Below are positions 62,214 through 64,000 of a stretch of DNA of 64,000 nucleotides, piece by piece (positions within the stretch are counted from its first letter, which is position 1; each line of letters starts with the position of its first letter). Position numbers and translations under genes: made by a program. The DNA lies in NCBI GenBank assembly GCA_951406725.2, contig OX597816.1:150784001-150848000 (forward strand), written 5' to 3'. The DNA is from Octopus vulgaris (taxonomy: Eukaryota). The notes beneath the pieces are model-generated. The model made no database searches and was not told where the DNA came from. It worked only from the letters and a program-made list of their open reading frames with translations.

Positions 62214-64000
62214 ATCTCCAGAAAAAACTGTAAATCAAATAAAACTTATTTTTAGTTATGGACATTAATACATAAAGTTTTGTATCCTCCTCTTATAGAT
62301 TATGTTGAAAAACCAGAGGGAGGGTGTCATAAAAAAACCTAATTTTGTTTTAAAAAAAAACGAATTTGTGACTTATAAAGTTGATATTCATTTTATTACA
62401 GATTCTATTCATAATAATGGAAACTCTTTTGCAGAATTTTCCCATTTGTTTTCTATGTTTGTAACATGGCTACTTCTTATAAATTAACAAATATTTTGTG
62501 TATGCAGGATTGTTATTTTAATGTCTATTTTTCCATACGTGGAGTAGTTTTCTACAGCTAGATACCCTTCCTAATGCCACCCCTCATCTGTCTCCAAGTG
62601 AAGTGATAATCTCCTAGTCTTTTGAACTATAAGCAACCTGAACTTGATGTGAAGATGTTAAGAACCTTGACACACTTCTGCAGTTGACTGCAAGTAAATT
62701 GCACTGTCCTACATTGTTAGGGAGGCCACTGTTTAGTGAACACTGAAAAAGAAGGAAATACAATCTCAATCACACAAACACACATGTGCACATATATATA
62801 TATCTGACGGATTTATTTCAGTGTTCATTTACAGAATCTATTTACAAGGTTTTGTTTTCCTAGGGCTATATAATACAAAAGAAGACCAGTATATATATAT
62901 ATGTGTGTAAGTGTATTTGTGTTCTGACATTGTGTAATAATTGTAAGATAGCCTCATCGTACAAGCAGTGTCATCCATTTTCATCAGGCATAGGGAAATA
63001 TTACTTTGCTTGGAAATGTGAGGGTCGGTGACAGGAAAGAAAATTTGACATAGAAAATTTGCCTTAACAAATTCTATATGACCTGTGCAAATATGGAAAA
63101 ATGGACATTAAAACAGTGATTATAATATATATGGTAATAATACTTAATTTCTTCTTTTTTGAAACAAAACATTCTCTTTTACTCAAATCCTCCTCATTTT
63201 GCATCTGCCTATCTATACTAGCTTGGCTTGGACAGGTTATTGTGGTTTGAGTACATTACATATTCAGCTAAGATTCTATGACTAGATTTCTTATTTTCAA
63301 ATATGTTATAGGGTGTACTCTATATATTTTATAGTAGCACCAGTACTAAAGTTTGTCACATCCCAAGCAAGATTAGGGTACTCTCTACCCAACATTGTTT
63401 CTGTTTGTTCACTGACATCAGAGAGGTCTCATTCTAGTAAAACTAAAGAGTCCTCTCTTGCATTATCTCTATTCATTTTTTGTTTTTACCCTCTATATTA
63501 CTGAATAGGAAGAGTGTGATAGAAGAAACAATAATAGAAAAGAACCTAATTAAAGAGAAAGGTAGTTGTTGACAAAGAGATTGAATAGATGCAATCTGGA
63601 GCAAGTGCATTGAGAGAGTACAAAGTGAAAGGGTGATAGAAGTGATGGCTGTTGGTAAAAGATTTAATCAGTTTATATGAAGATTTAAGTATAATATTTA
63701 ACATCTCCAATGGATGCATGTTTTGTGAGGTTTGTTCTCTTCACATCACTCTTCACTTCTTCCCATGTCTTCCTCAGTTTCTTTCTGCAGGTTTCACCTA
63801 TTTGGAGCACTTTTAAAAATTTTCTTCATTCATCCTATAAATCTCACATGCCCATTCCACCAGTCTCCTCTTTAGCACACTACATCCCATCTGATTTCCT
63901 CAGTTCATTTGTATTTTGCCTTTCTGCATACTAACTTTATAAAGCCAGCAGAGCATGTCTGCTTCATTTCTTTGTAGCCTTAGCAAATCATCCATGTGCA

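Noticed and set aside
55762-64000. Next PRKAB exon (expected H.DF...LPEGEHQYKF)
   Set aside because: Not found by eye; it probably lies beyond the window.

Overview
AT-rich, repeat-dense animal genomic DNA. The repeat families suggest an octopod cephalopod (inference). Two + strand genes can be assembled by hand. (1) A complete 8-exon ECHS1 (mitochondrial short-chain enoyl-CoA hydratase), CDS 9136..29455, 900 nt, 299 aa. (2) The 5' part of an AMPK beta subunit gene (PRKAB): MGNTTS exon 39401..39520 and CBM48 exon 53769..53956; the gene runs off the right edge. A candidate 48-nt frame-preserving microexon (55714..55761) would insert 16 aa with an RxRxxS motif right after the Ser108-equivalent. 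The rest is decayed mobile DNA: RTE-clade LINEs whose RT carries an internal C4HC3 PHD-like finger, tRNA-derived SINEs, a mariner, a Tc1, fold-back elements, Penelope-like remnants with minimal hammerhead ribozyme motifs, and microsatellites. Two local templated duplications are also visible. Most ORFs in the supplied track are microsatellite or antisense noise. No database search was run, so family names rest on recognised motifs.
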